Both the position numbers and the translations under genes were made by a program. Shown here piece by piece: positions 8,725 through 18,525 of a stretch of DNA of 64,000 nt. Position 1 is the first letter of the stretch; each line of letters begins with the position of its first letter. Source of the DNA: Candidatus Norongarragalinales archaeon (lineage in GTDB: Archaea; Micrarchaeota; Micrarchaeia; Norongarragalinales; Norongarragalinaceae); assembly GCA_038884755.1 (NCBI GenBank), contig JAWABJ010000001.1:384001-448000 (forward strand), written 5' to 3'. Below the pieces are notes generated by a model. It had not been told where the DNA came from and did no database searches. It worked only from the letters and a program-made list of their open reading frames with translations.

Positions 8725-9768
8725 TCACTTTTTCTTTATTTCAACCGTAGTCGCGGCCGGCGCGCTGATAGAGATTTTGGAAGCGTTTTGCTTTGGTGCG
8801 CTTTTCTTCGCGCTTGCCTTTCTCGCGCGTGGTTTCGCCTTCTTTTTCGGAGCACCAACGACTTTAACCGATTTCGACTGGATGACCAGTTGCTTGGGCG
8901 TGACGGTCGCTGTGGGCTTGCGCGCGCGTTTCTCCTTGCGTTTGGAAGGCTTCAATTTCGAGGCCTTCACGCGCTTCAGCGCGGTCTTGAAGGAAGTTTT
9001 CTCAACCACCCCTTCCGAAAGTGTGGTGATGCGCTTTCCTTGCTTCCTGATTTGCCTGCGCACTTTCTTGAAATCGTCGAGCCGCTTTTCCAGAGACTTG
9101 AACTTTCGTTCCAAGCGCCTTACGGAAGCACGCCGGTTGCTTTCAATCCGGTTGATCTTGCTTCCTTCGTCAGAAATAATTCCTCCCAGCCCGTCGACTT
9201 GGGCTTTCAAGCCCTCGATTTTTTCCTGCAATTCGGAAGAAGGCGACTGGGATTGAGAAAGCTTTTCTTCAATCGAAGACTGGAGGACCGCAACTTCGGA
9301 AAGGCGGTTTTTCAGGGTTTCCACCAAATCCCTGTTTTCGCTTATCACTTGCTTCAGCTCCTCGTCGTTAGAGGAAGTCAAAGCCGTTTGTTCGAGCGCC
9401 GAAATCCTGTCGGAAAATTCGGAGAGCTTCTGGTCAATGGACGAAAGTTTTGACTCGAAAAGGGAAAAATCTGGTAAAGCGTGTTGCGGCGCGGGCTGCT
9501 GTTGAACCACGAGTGCACTGGGAAGAGAAGTTTGCGTTTCGTGGCCCTGTACGCGCACTTGCTTAAGCGCTTCCTTAAAGCCTTCCTCGTAGTAGTGCTT
9601 TTTCAAATGGCCGATTTCGTGCAAAATTTCGTTTGACAGTTCGTCAATTTCCTTTTCAAACTGGGCGTCAGGCATCGAACTCAACCTCCCGGGATCAACG
9701 TCCCTGTTAACAGCTCTCCCAACCACGTACATAGAATTAGCAATCGCTTTCTTTTCGTCGTCTTCCAA
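8725..9768 (-). CDS. Coiled-coil protein with Lys/Ala/Pro-rich basic C-terminal tail
   Basis: Long heptad region followed by KKKAKPRARKASAKKSAPK-type tail; TTG start after GGTGGG. Confidence 0.75.
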   Translation of the reverse strand: MEDDEKKAIANSMYVVGRAVNRDVDPGRLSSMPDAQFEKEIDELSNEILHEIGHLKKHYYEEGFKEALKQVRVQGHETQTSLPSALVVQQQPAPQHALPDFSLFESKLSSIDQKLSEFSDRISALEQTALTSSNDEELKQVISENRDLVETLKNRLSEVAVLQSSIEEKLSQSQSPSSELQEKIEGLKAQVDGLGGIISDEGSKINRIESNRRASVRRLERKFKSLEKRLDDFKKVRRQIRKQGKRITTLSEGVVEKTSFKTALKRVKASKLKPSKRKEKRARKPTATVTPKQLVIQSKSVKVVGAPKKKAKPRARKASAKKSAPKQNASKISISAPAATTVEIKKK

Positions 9769-9842
9769 ACAAACCCACCTGCATCTAGAATCCTGCGTAA
9801 AATGCTATTTAAACCTTCTCAAGTGGTAACAAAAAAGGAGGG

Positions 9843-10331
9843 TTAGGGGCGAAGGCGCAAGCCTGCCTTGCGGGCGAAGTCTTCCGGTTCGGAAACGGAA
9901 AAAACGACTTTCTTGAACACTCCGGTTTTCTTTTCAAAACACAGGGACGGCTTGTGCTGGGAAACGAACGCCAGGGTAAAGCCATTCCACCACCACACGC
10001 GTACCCCCCAACCTGCCCAGAAAGGAATTTTCTGCATCACGGAAACTTTTGCAAAGTCTTTTTTTTGCATCCTGTATGCGAAAGGCCCGATTTTGGCGAA
10101 GACGCTCTTGCCGTCCGCCCCGAACTTCATCGCGAAGAACAGCAGCAAGGAAGCCGCTGCAGCAAAAATGGCAAAAAGCGCGACGGCCTTTGCTAGTGGC
10201 GGGGTTTGGGGGACAAGCGCCTGAAACGCGAGTGCAAGAAACGCCAGCAAAACCAAGAAACAGACCAAAACCACCTTTATGAAAACGCCGTAAGGGGCTT
10301 TTTCCTGGAATGCGTTTTTTTCGTAATTCAT
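9843..10331 (-). CDS. Hypothetical membrane protein (2 TM plus PH-like domain)
   Basis: Two N-terminal TM helices, WAGWGVR motif, FSVSEPEDF C-terminus. Confidence 0.7.
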   Translation of the reverse strand: MNYEKNAFQEKAPYGVFIKVVLVCFLVLLAFLALAFQALVPQTPPLAKAVALFAIFAAAASLLLFFAMKFGADGKSVFAKIGPFAYRMQKKDFAKVSVMQKIPFWAGWGVRVWWWNGFTLAFVSQHKPSLCFEKKTGVFKKVVFSVSEPEDFARKAGLRLRP

Positions 10332-10401
10332 TTAAACCACGATTGATTAATGCTGCTGCTTTATTTTAACTTTTTGAGAAAAACGGGAGGGGAAAAACGC
10401 A

Positions 10402-11886
10402 ATGGCTCTGGAATTCACGGTTGCAGCAGGAAAGCTCGAAGAACAAAGCACCGAGTGCATAGTGGCAAGCGCTTTCGAGGGAAAGCTTTCGCACGAAGCT
10501 GAAAAAATCGACAAGGCGCTGAACGGCGAGATTTCCAGCGCCTTGAAGCGAAAGGAATTCGAAGGCAAGAGCGGCTCGCTCATGGTTTTGCGAACGTTGG
10601 GAAAGCTCAAGGCCAGGAAAGTGGTGGTTATCGGGCTTGGGAAGGAAAAGGATTACTCAAAGCAAACCGCCCAAAGCGCGGCCGCGCTCGCTTTCCAAGC
10701 GGTAAAGAACGATTGCGAAAGCATCGCCTTCAAAGCCTCGCGTTCCGACGCCGTGGCGATAGTGGAGACGGCGATATTGTGCTCTTACGACTTTCAAGAA
10801 TGGAAAACGGTCGACAAGAAGGAAATCAAGGCGAGGAAAATACTTTTCGTTTTCGAAAGCAAGGACGAAGCCAGGAAGGCCGAGCCTGCAATAGAACAAG
10901 CGCGCGTCATAGCCAACGCCCAGAATTACTGCAGGGAATTGAACAACGCCAACCCCGCCACCGCAACGCCGGCCTTCATCGCAAGCGAAGCCTCCAAGCT
11001 TTCCGGAGGGAAAATAAGCGTTGAAGTCTTGGGAATGGAAGAACTGAAGAAAAAAGGCTACAATGCGATAGTAAGCGTGGGCAAAGGCAGCGTGAACGAA
11101 CCCAAGCTTATCGTAATTAAGTACAACGGCGGAAAGCAAGGAGACAAGCCTTACGCCATCGTAGGCAAGGGCGTCTGCTTCGACACAGGAGGGCTCGACT
11201 TGAAGCCCGGAAAATACATGAGCTTCATGCAGTACGATAAGAGCGGCGCTTGCGCCGCAATCGCGATAATCAAGGCAGTCAAAGAACTTTCTCTTCCCAT
11301 CAACCTCGTTGCAATAACGCCGATGGTCGAAAACATGCCTTCCGGCGCGGCTTACAAGCCCGGCGACTTGGTAAAAACGGCAAGCGGGAAAACCATCGAG
11401 ATTACGAATACCGACGCCGAGGGAAGGGTGATTTTGAGCGACGCGCTGCACCACGCTGCCTCGCTAAAGCCCAAAGCCATCATTGACTTGGCTACGCTTA
11501 CGGGCGCGTGCGTCATTGCCTTAGGCAAGCACGCCGCAGGGCTGATGACCAACAACGCGCAGCTCGCAGAAAAAATCAAGAAAGCCGCCGATGAAAGCGG
11601 AGAGCGCGTTTGGGAGCTCCCCATGTGGAAGGAATACGAGGAATTAGTTAAAAGCGAGATTGCCGACGTGCACAACGCTGACGCGTCGCCCGACGCTGGG
11701 ACTATCGAAGGAGGGTGGTTCTTGCGCAACTTCGTTCCCGACGAAATCCCGTGGGTGCACTTGGATATAGCTGGAACAGCGTGGGTTGAAAACCCCAACC
11801 CGATATTCCGAGCAGGCTCTACGGGCTGGGGCGTGAGGCTTCTCGTCGAATTTCTCAAGAAAGAGTGCGCGGGCGGTAACCGTTAG
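10402..11886 (+). CDS. pepA: Leucyl aminopeptidase (M17)
   Basis: GKGVCFDTGG, DKSG, NTDAEGR, ATLTGA, HLDIAG. Confidence 0.95.
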   Translation: MALEFTVAAGKLEEQSTECIVASAFEGKLSHEAEKIDKALNGEISSALKRKEFEGKSGSLMVLRTLGKLKARKVVVIGLGKEKDYSKQTAQSAAALAFQAVKNDCESIAFKASRSDAVAIVETAILCSYDFQEWKTVDKKEIKARKILFVFESKDEARKAEPAIEQARVIANAQNYCRELNNANPATATPAFIASEASKLSGGKISVEVLGMEELKKKGYNAIVSVGKGSVNEPKLIVIKYNGGKQGDKPYAIVGKGVCFDTGGLDLKPGKYMSFMQYDKSGACAAIAIIKAVKELSLPINLVAITPMVENMPSGAAYKPGDLVKTASGKTIEITNTDAEGRVILSDALHHAASLKPKAIIDLATLTGACVIALGKHAAGLMTNNAQLAEKIKKAADESGERVWELPMWKEYEELVKSEIADVHNADASPDAGTIEGGWFLRNFVPDEIPWVHLDIAGTAWVENPNPIFRAGSTGWGVRLLVEFLKKECAGGNR

Positions 11887-13073
11887 ATAGTTTCAAGTGC
11901 CTTGCGCGTTTTCTCCACGCCTTCGCGGATGGCATCTTGCGAAGCGGCGTAGCTGAAACGCAAATACCCTTCGCCCAAAGAGCCGAAAGCCGAACCCGCG
12001 AGAACTGCAAGCCCGTGCTCGTGCAAAAGCCAGTGCTGCAACTCGTGCGAGTTTTTGCCGGTGCGTTTGCTTATTTCCTTGACGTTTGGAAACGCATAGA
12101 AAGCGCCTTTCGGCATCAAGCACGAAACGCCGTCGATTTCGTTCAGCAATTGCACTATGAGCTTGCGCCGCGCGTCGAATTCCCTCACCATCGCTTCGAC
12201 TCGGTCTTGAGGCCCTTTGTACGCTTCAATGCAAGCGTACTGGTTGAAATTCACGACTCCAGAGTAAGTGTTTATTGCGATTGAAGCGACCTTCTTCGCC
12301 ACCTCGACGGGCATCGCGCCGAAGCCCATGCGCCAGCCGGTCATTGAATAAGCCTTGCCCCAGCCGTCCGCGTAAATCACGCGGTCGGCGATTTCCGGAA
12401 ACGAGTAGATGCTCTCGTGCTTGCCGTCGTAAACTATGCGTGCGTAAATCTCGTCGCTCAAAACCATCATTTGCTTATTCTCCAAAACCAAATCTCTAAC
12501 AACTTTCAAATCGTCGCGCGCGAGCACGCCGCCCGTAGGGTTGGCGGGAGTGTTGAGCATCAAAAGCTTGGTTTTTTTCGTAACGGCATTTTTCAGCGCT
12601 TCGTGGTCGAAACTGAAGTTTTTTTCCTCCACGATGGGAAGAGACACGGGTTTTGCCCCGGCCAAGTAAACCGAAGACTGGTACGCGCCGTAACCAGGAT
12701 TGGGAACGACCGCTTCGTCGCCTGGATTCAACAAAGCAAAAGCAGCCATGAACAGCATGGGCTTTGTTCCCGGCGTTATAACAACGCCTTCAGGGTCGAC
12801 GTCAACGCCGTAACGCTTTTTCAACTCTTCGGCAACAGTCTGCCTCAACTCGAAAATCCCGTTTGAAGTAGTGTATCCGGTCTTGTCCTCGCGAATCGCT
12901 TTTACCGCCGCTTCCTTGACGTTTTCGGGAGTCGGAAAGTCTGGCTGGCCGATGTGCATTTTCGTAATCTTTCGTCCAGCCCTTTCCAAAGCCGCGACTT
13001 CAATGCCCACTGCAAAAGGGCTGTCGGTGCCGGCGTTGGAAAGCCTTTCGGCAAAAGAATAGTTGAAAGCCAC
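11883..13073 (-). CDS. PLP-dependent aminotransferase class I/II (aspartate aminotransferase-like)
   Basis: GQPDF, NTPANPTG, SDEIY, GKAYSMTGWRMG; GTG start after G-rich SD. Confidence 0.92.
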   Translation of the reverse strand: MAFNYSFAERLSNAGTDSPFAVGIEVAALERAGRKITKMHIGQPDFPTPENVKEAAVKAIREDKTGYTTSNGIFELRQTVAEELKKRYGVDVDPEGVVITPGTKPMLFMAAFALLNPGDEAVVPNPGYGAYQSSVYLAGAKPVSLPIVEEKNFSFDHEALKNAVTKKTKLLMLNTPANPTGGVLARDDLKVVRDLVLENKQMMVLSDEIYARIVYDGKHESIYSFPEIADRVIYADGWGKAYSMTGWRMGFGAMPVEVAKKVASIAINTYSGVVNFNQYACIEAYKGPQDRVEAMVREFDARRKLIVQLLNEIDGVSCLMPKGAFYAFPNVKEISKRTGKNSHELQHWLLHEHGLAVLAGSAFGSLGEGYLRFSYAASQDAIREGVEKTRKALETI

Positions 13074-13169
13074 ACACACCCCCCCTCTTTTGGAAATGTT
13101 GAAGCGAGTATGCAGTAAAAGCATTAAAAGGCTTTCAAGAACGACAAAAAGCGAAAAACCAGCTGAAAG

Positions 13170-13781
13170 TCAACAGCCGAACTGTCCTTTTTCGCAAACT
13201 CCTCCAGGAATTTTTTGTTTTGGAACGCCCGGTTCGCTGCCGCTTGCAACGTAGTCTAAAACGTTAGTCGTATTCCACTCGTGCTCGTGATTCCACAAGT
13301 TCCAAAAATACCTCCACTCGTTCCACCCTATGCCCAAGTGTTTTACGAAAATACCCCGTTCGGCAAGTAACAACCCGATTTTTCGTCCAGTCATGCAGGG
13401 AGTGCTGTAGCAATACACTATTATGTCCTTGTCTTTAGGCAGTTTTTCGAAAGCGCCGACAATGCGATCTACCGCACCGTAGTCGGAAGTATCCTTGTCC
13501 TTATACGCGGGAATGCTTACAGCCCCTATAATGTGTTCTTTCTCGTATTCTTCTTGACTGCGCAAGTCCACTAGAACGAAACTTTCGTCTCTCTTGTCCA
13601 TCCTAGTCCTCAAAGAATGGGGACTGACGTGAACCGCGTTTTCAGTCACGTAAAAATCACGAATCAGCACGCTACTGCTCGGAGTGTAGTAATTGTAGAA
13701 CAAAAACGAGGCGAGACTGCCGAAAACCGCCGCCACGACGGCAACCAAAACCAAAACCCTAGCCGAAACCACAAAACTCAC
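13170..13781 (-). CDS. Membrane-anchored rhodanese-like domain protein
   Basis: N-terminal TM, LVDLRSQEEYEKEHIIGA, IIVYCYSTPC, LGIGWNEW. Confidence 0.85.
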   Translation of the reverse strand: MSFVVSARVLVLVAVVAAVFGSLASFLFYNYYTPSSSVLIRDFYVTENAVHVSPHSLRTRMDKRDESFVLVDLRSQEEYEKEHIIGAVSIPAYKDKDTSDYGAVDRIVGAFEKLPKDKDIIVYCYSTPCMTGRKIGLLLAERGIFVKHLGIGWNEWRYFWNLWNHEHEWNTTNVLDYVASGSEPGVPKQKIPGGVCEKGQFGC

Positions 13782-13785
13782 TTTT

Positions 13786-14022
13786 TCATTTTACGAACTT
13801 GTCGAGAAAAACGCCGAAAGCAAGCAGCACGAGAACGGCCAAGCCCAACGGCGCGGTTTCATGGTTTACTATTGCAAAGGCGGTCGTGCTCGTTACGTCG
13901 ACGGAAGGCGGGGCTTGGAGCGGAAGTTCGGCGGGAGACGGCGAAGGCACTTCCTCCGAAAAAACAGACGAAGCCGCAAAAAGCAACAAGAACAACACCG
14001 CGAGCGCATTCGTTTTAGTCAC
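13786..14022 (-). CDS. Small membrane protein (signal peptide plus C-terminal TM)
   Basis: Two hydrophobic segments flanking a Pro/Ser/Thr linker. Confidence 0.6.
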   Translation of the reverse strand: MTKTNALAVLFLLLFAASSVFSEEVPSPSPAELPLQAPPSVDVTSTTAFAIVNHETAPLGLAVLVLLAFGVFLDKFVK

Positions 14023-14048
14023 AGACTGTTTTCAGCTCCCTTTGCGAT

Positions 14049-14762
14049 TCAATTTGTTTCAAGCCGCGTTTGCTTCGCTTTGACGACCAACGGCATGGTT
14101 TCGTCAACTCGCACGAAAGACGGCACGCGAACGCGCGAGAACAAGGCGTTCAGCGCCACGAACGACGCGGCAATGCCCACTGCGAACAACAGCCTTTCGT
14201 AAACCACTATTGGAATGAGTCCAGTCCAAAACGCGGGGGTGGTGGGCAGGGCATAGAGCCAAAGCACTCCGCCCACAGCGTGAGCCGTAAGCGTAGCGCC
14301 AAGGCTTTTGGCAAGCAAATTGTCAGCGTAAAAGAACTTTGCGAGAATTGGAACGCTCCAGAACATTACCGCGAAATACCACGCTTGCGCTCCAACGGGG
14401 TGCAAAACGAACAGCACTATGGCAATGGCGGGAATTGCCGCGGCCCACTTTTGCTTCGAGTTAGTCCCGAAATACCAGGCTGCGGCTGAGAGAGTGAAAA
14501 GCCTAGCCACATTCAAAAGCGTAGCTTCCTTGCCAACGAAAACGAAATCGGCGAATTGCGTAATCAAAACTACTGCCGCGCCGAGCGCAGTTCCCAAAAA
14601 ACCGCCCGCAATCGGGGCGAAAAACTGGAACAGCGTGAAGAATTGGTTGGGCGCGCCCAGCGCCTGCGAGAAGTTGATGCGCATTGCTATCAAGCCCGCA
14701 ACCGCAAACACGCCGAGAAACAAGAGTTTGGAAGCGTTTTCCTTCAACTTAAGCACAACCAC
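14049..14762 (-). CDS. Multi-pass membrane protein, possible ECF-type S component
   Basis: About 7 TM helices; FAPIAGGFLG and AHAVGG motifs. Confidence 0.6.
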   Translation of the reverse strand: MVVLKLKENASKLLFLGVFAVAGLIAMRINFSQALGAPNQFFTLFQFFAPIAGGFLGTALGAAVVLITQFADFVFVGKEATLLNVARLFTLSAAAWYFGTNSKQKWAAAIPAIAIVLFVLHPVGAQAWYFAVMFWSVPILAKFFYADNLLAKSLGATLTAHAVGGVLWLYALPTTPAFWTGLIPIVVYERLLFAVGIAASFVALNALFSRVRVPSFVRVDETMPLVVKAKQTRLETN

Positions 14763-14861
14763 ACTAACCAGCCCTCCGTGAAAAGAGAATAGTGAAAAGA
14801 TAATCTCCGGTTCGCTTATTTAAAGTTTGTTTGAGTAAGGTTTTCAGGTGGGTTTTCATAT

Positions 14862-15599
14862 ATGGGTTTTCAAGGCAAAAGCGTTCTCGTTACGGGGGGA
14901 GGTAGAGGCATAGGCGCGGCCATAGCGAAAGCATTCGCCGACGAAGGGGCGGTTGTGTTCGTTAATTACAACGCTTCCAAAAAGCAAGCCGAAACCCTTG
15001 CCAAAGCAATCAACGGCTTTGCAATCCGCGCGAGCGTTTCCGACTCCAAGCAAGTAGAGCGAATGAAAAAATTCGTTTTGGGAAAGGCGAACGGTGCGTT
15101 GGACGTTCTCGTGAACAACGCGGGCGACATCGACTGGGTCTCGTCGTGGCAAGACGTTTCGGAAAAAATGTGGGACCGCGTGGTCGATACGAACCTGAAA
15201 GGAACGTTCTTGTGCACGCGCGCTTTCGCGTCCGCAATGCTCAAGCAAAAGCACGGCTGCATCGTGAACCTTTCTTCCACCGCTTTCTTCCAAGGCAAAT
15301 TCCCTGCAATGCACTACAACGCCTCGAAAGCGGGAGTGGTCGCTCTTACCAAAACGTTTGCTAACCAACTGGCCCCGTTCGTGCGCGTGAACAGCGTCGC
15401 GCCGGGTTTCATCAGGACGAACTTTCAAGAGCATTATTCCGACAGCAGGCAAAAACAGCTTCTCGACGGAATTCCGCTAAAGCGCTTCGGAAAACCGGAC
15501 GATATCGCAAAGGCCGTTCTTTTTCTTGCTTCCGACCAAGCGTCGTACGTCACCGGGCAGACTCTCGTAGTGGACGGCGGCAGGATAATGATTCCTTAA
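14862..15599 (+). CDS. Short-chain dehydrogenase/reductase (FabG-like)
   Basis: TGGGRGIG, NNAG, YNASK, VAPGFI, VDGG. Confidence 0.92.
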   Translation: MGFQGKSVLVTGGGRGIGAAIAKAFADEGAVVFVNYNASKKQAETLAKAINGFAIRASVSDSKQVERMKKFVLGKANGALDVLVNNAGDIDWVSSWQDVSEKMWDRVVDTNLKGTFLCTRAFASAMLKQKHGCIVNLSSTAFFQGKFPAMHYNASKAGVVALTKTFANQLAPFVRVNSVAPGFIRTNFQEHYSDSRQKQLLDGIPLKRFGKPDDIAKAVLFLASDQASYVTGQTLVVDGGRIMIP

Positions 15600-15638
15600 A
15601 AACTTTGTTGCATTAGTGTAGAAAGGCAGGGTTTTAGT

Positions 15639-16352
15639 TTGGACAGAGTGAAAAGCGATTTTCTCAAACTACTTTTGAAGAAGGGAGGCTTGAAGATAGC
15701 CCCTTCTGCAAGCGAATTGTTCAAGCTCAAGAGCGGGCGCTATTCGCCGTTCTTCATCAACATCGGCTCGCTTACCGACGGCGAAAGCATACATGCATTA
15801 CGCAAGGCGTATTCCGGTTTTACTGCCGGCCTGCTTTCCGAAGGAAAAATTGAACGATTCGATTTTGTTTACGGGCCTGCGTATAAGGGAATTACGCTTG
15901 CAGCCATTCTTGCCGAAGGGCTTTTCGAAAAGGGCTATGACATCCGCACGCTTTACGACCGGAAGGAAGCTAAGGATTACGGCGACCAAAAGGCCGACAA
16001 AGTCATCGTTGGCAGCGGGTGGTTCAAGCAAGGGCAGAAGATTTTGATTATCGACGACGTCATCACCGCAGGGGGAACGACGCTCGAGTCGCTCGAGAAG
16101 CTCAAGCTTTTAGGAGAACACAAGGTCGTGGGCGTGGTTTTGGCGGTGGATCGGCAAGAAAGGATGGGCGACGCCGAGAGAGTGGGCGACTTGAGCTCGA
16201 CTCAAATGATACAACAGTCTTACAATTTGAACGTCTACTCTATTTTGACGATGCAAGAGATTTTTGAGGAAATAAAGCCTCACATTCCTTCGGACATAAG
16301 GCAAGCTTGGGTGGAATACTATGACAAGTACGGGGCAGTAAAACTCCGGTGA
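15639..16352 (+). CDS. pyrE: Orotate phosphoribosyltransferase
   Basis: LKSGRYSPFF, GPAYKGI, RKEAKDYG, IIDDVITAG, VDRQE. Confidence 0.92.
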   Translation: MDRVKSDFLKLLLKKGGLKIAPSASELFKLKSGRYSPFFINIGSLTDGESIHALRKAYSGFTAGLLSEGKIERFDFVYGPAYKGITLAAILAEGLFEKGYDIRTLYDRKEAKDYGDQKADKVIVGSGWFKQGQKILIIDDVITAGGTTLESLEKLKLLGEHKVVGVVLAVDRQERMGDAERVGDLSSTQMIQQSYNLNVYSILTMQEIFEEIKPHIPSDIRQAWVEYYDKYGAVKLR

Positions 16353-16354
16353 AA

Positions 16355-16618
16355 TCACTTTCCGAAAATCAGCCAGGCGGTTTCGGGAAACTCTTGCTTG
16401 AAGCGGTTCGACTGAAGATAAACACGCAAATACTTTTTCGCTCTTTCCACTTGCTCCACGTTCAAGTCGGTGAAAGCGCGATAGCGCAAGGCGTTTGGCG
16501 CGCCGCCGTAACGCTCGTCAAGCAATTCCGTCAACGCTTTCTTGGCGCAAGCGAGATTCACGCCTTCCAAGCTGGCCACTTTCTCAATCAAAACGGCATA
16601 CTCGTCTTGAACGCTCAT
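16355..16618 (-). CDS. Hypothetical protein
   Basis: ATGA overlap with purM stop; plausible helical 87 aa product. Confidence 0.6.
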   Translation of the reverse strand: MSVQDEYAVLIEKVASLEGVNLACAKKALTELLDERYGGAPNALRYRAFTDLNVEQVERAKKYLRVYLQSNRFKQEFPETAWLIFGK

Positions 16619-17655
16619 TTCAACACCAGTTTTTTTCCTTCAAAATCTACTGTAATCGCATTGCCTTTAACAACCTTTCCAATTACGCTTGCATTCACTC
16701 CGCACGTCCTCAAGCTCTTCAGTGCCTTGCCTTCGTCTTTATCGTCGACGATGACTGCAAAACCCCAGCCCATGTTGAAAGTCTTGAACATCTCATCCCA
16801 AGCCACGCCGCCAGCATTCTGGATTTCGCGGAAAACCTGCTGAGGGCGGAATGTGTCGAAATGAAACCCTACGCCTTTCGAAAAGCCTTGGAGTTTTTCG
16901 AACTTCAAGTACGCGTCGCCCGTAATGTTGACCGCAGCCTTGATTTTAACTTCCTTCGCCAACGCCAGGAAAGGTTTTACGTAAATGCGCGTGGGCTTGA
17001 CACACTCCCGCAAGAGCGTCTGCCTTTTTCCGCCGAAAGAAGCGAAAGCGCCTCCGAACTGCGAAAACAACGCTTTTCTCGCGAGAGAAATGCCGTTGGC
17101 GTGCACCCCGCTGCTTTCCAACCCTATGATTGAGTCGCCGGGCTTGAGGTTGTTTGCGAGAATTATTTTCTTTGCCGGAACGGTGGCAAAGCAAGACGCG
17201 ATTACAATGTAGGGGTTTGCCGAAGCGCCTTTCACCAAGTCTTTCACGTCCGCAGTTTCCCCTCCCGCGACAAAACAACCGCTTTCAACGCACGCTTTGT
17301 TAATTCCGTCGAGAACCTGCCTCAGCTCGGGACCCGAGGAATCCGCGATTTCAATGGTGTTCGTGATACTTTTGGGCACAGCTCCGCAGCGTATTGCGTC
17401 GTTGACTACGCACGCCACCGCTTCCCAGCCGGCAATCCAATGCTCGCCTGAAAGCTGGGTGAGCAAGACTTTCGTCCCGACGCTGTCTGTGGTTTCGATG
17501 TAGTAAACGCCTTTGCTTCCCTCCAGGGGAATCAAATCGTTGAAAGGCGTTTTTATCGTGCCGCGCGGCCTGCGGAATACCGAAATCGCCTGTTTTGCCT
17601 TGGCCCTCGCATTCCGGTCAACGCCGCTTTGAGAGTAATCCAAACCCATTGGCAT
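16615..17655 (-). CDS. purM: Phosphoribosylformylglycinamidine cyclo-ligase (AIR synthase)
   Basis: YSQSGVD, TDSVGTK, GGETA, SSGVHANG, NITG, TFNMGWG. Confidence 0.9.
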   Translation of the reverse strand: MPMGLDYSQSGVDRNARAKAKQAISVFRRPRGTIKTPFNDLIPLEGSKGVYYIETTDSVGTKVLLTQLSGEHWIAGWEAVACVVNDAIRCGAVPKSITNTIEIADSSGPELRQVLDGINKACVESGCFVAGGETADVKDLVKGASANPYIVIASCFATVPAKKIILANNLKPGDSIIGLESSGVHANGISLARKALFSQFGGAFASFGGKRQTLLRECVKPTRIYVKPFLALAKEVKIKAAVNITGDAYLKFEKLQGFSKGVGFHFDTFRPQQVFREIQNAGGVAWDEMFKTFNMGWGFAVIVDDKDEGKALKSLRTCGVNASVIGKVVKGNAITVDFEGKKLVLK

Positions 17656-17664
17656 CACAACACG

Positions 17665-18084
17665 CTAAATGTCCAACACTATCCTAGCAACCCAAACGCC
17701 CTTGTCGTTCTTGAACACGCGCGCACGGTGCATAGTCACCGCCTTGACATGAGTGCCTGCTGCCTTGCGCGCGTAAGGGCTGCCGTAAGCTATTCCTTCG
17801 ATTGTCATGCGCTTTTCATCAATCTTCTTGACTTTAAACTCTTTCCAGTACGCCTGCCTCGCGTCGCTTTCCGAAACCATTTTGTCGAGAAGAAAGACGA
17901 CTATCTCGTCGAGAGTGCTGCCCTTGTTTTTTACCGTCGTTTTGACGGTTTTTTTCAATAGCCTGGGCTTCGCCATTACCGAAAACATTGCCGACGCGGC
18001 GTTTTCCACGCATTCTTTTAGCGTTTTTCCGTACGCCTCGAACAAAACGTCGGCAGTATGCTCGAAAAAGGCGAATCGTTTCAC
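17665..18084 (-). CDS. Archease
   Basis: EHTADV, VKAVTMH, C-terminal LDI. Confidence 0.93.
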   Translation of the reverse strand: MKRFAFFEHTADVLFEAYGKTLKECVENAASAMFSVMAKPRLLKKTVKTTVKNKGSTLDEIVVFLLDKMVSESDARQAYWKEFKVKKIDEKRMTIEGIAYGSPYARKAAGTHVKAVTMHRARVFKNDKGVWVARIVLDI

Positions 18085-18161
18085 GCTCCCACCGTAAAAA
18101 CCAATTTAAATAAGGAAAGGCACTTTTTAATCATCGGTTTTTGCAAAAGGCGTTTGGAAAA

Positions 18162-18500
18162 ATGTTCGGAAGAATGGATCCCAAGCAAATGGCTTCGCTC
18201 ATGAAGCAAATGGGAATCAAGAACGAGGAAGTCGCCGCAGAACGCGTGGTCATCGAAAAGGCGGACGGCTCGAAAATCATTGTTGAATCGCCTAGCGTTC
18301 AGGCTATCGAAATGCAGGGGCAGAAGAGCTTTCAAATCGCCGGCAAAATCGTTGAGGCTGAGGCGAGCGAGTCGCAAGAGAAGAGTGACGTCGACATCAT
18401 AATGGAAGAGTGCAATTGCACCCGCCAGGAGGCGGAAGCTGCACTGGAGAAAGCCAAGGGAGATTTGGCCGAGGCTATTTTAAGCTTGAAGGGAGCATAA
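18162..18500 (+). CDS. nac: Nascent polypeptide-associated complex protein
   Basis: MDPKQM..MKQMGI, GQKSFQI, C-terminal UBA-like GDLAEAIL. Confidence 0.93.
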   Translation: MFGRMDPKQMASLMKQMGIKNEEVAAERVVIEKADGSKIIVESPSVQAIEMQGQKSFQIAGKIVEAEASESQEKSDVDIIMEECNCTRQEAEAALEKAKGDLAEAILSLKGA

Positions 18501-18525
18501 CCGCAAAAAAAAGGAGGGGATTGTT

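Noticed and set aside
13071..13086. (CA)4 plus C-run as a phase-variable repeat
   Set aside because: It is short and is explained as the GTG start plus G-rich SD of the aminotransferase on the minus strand.
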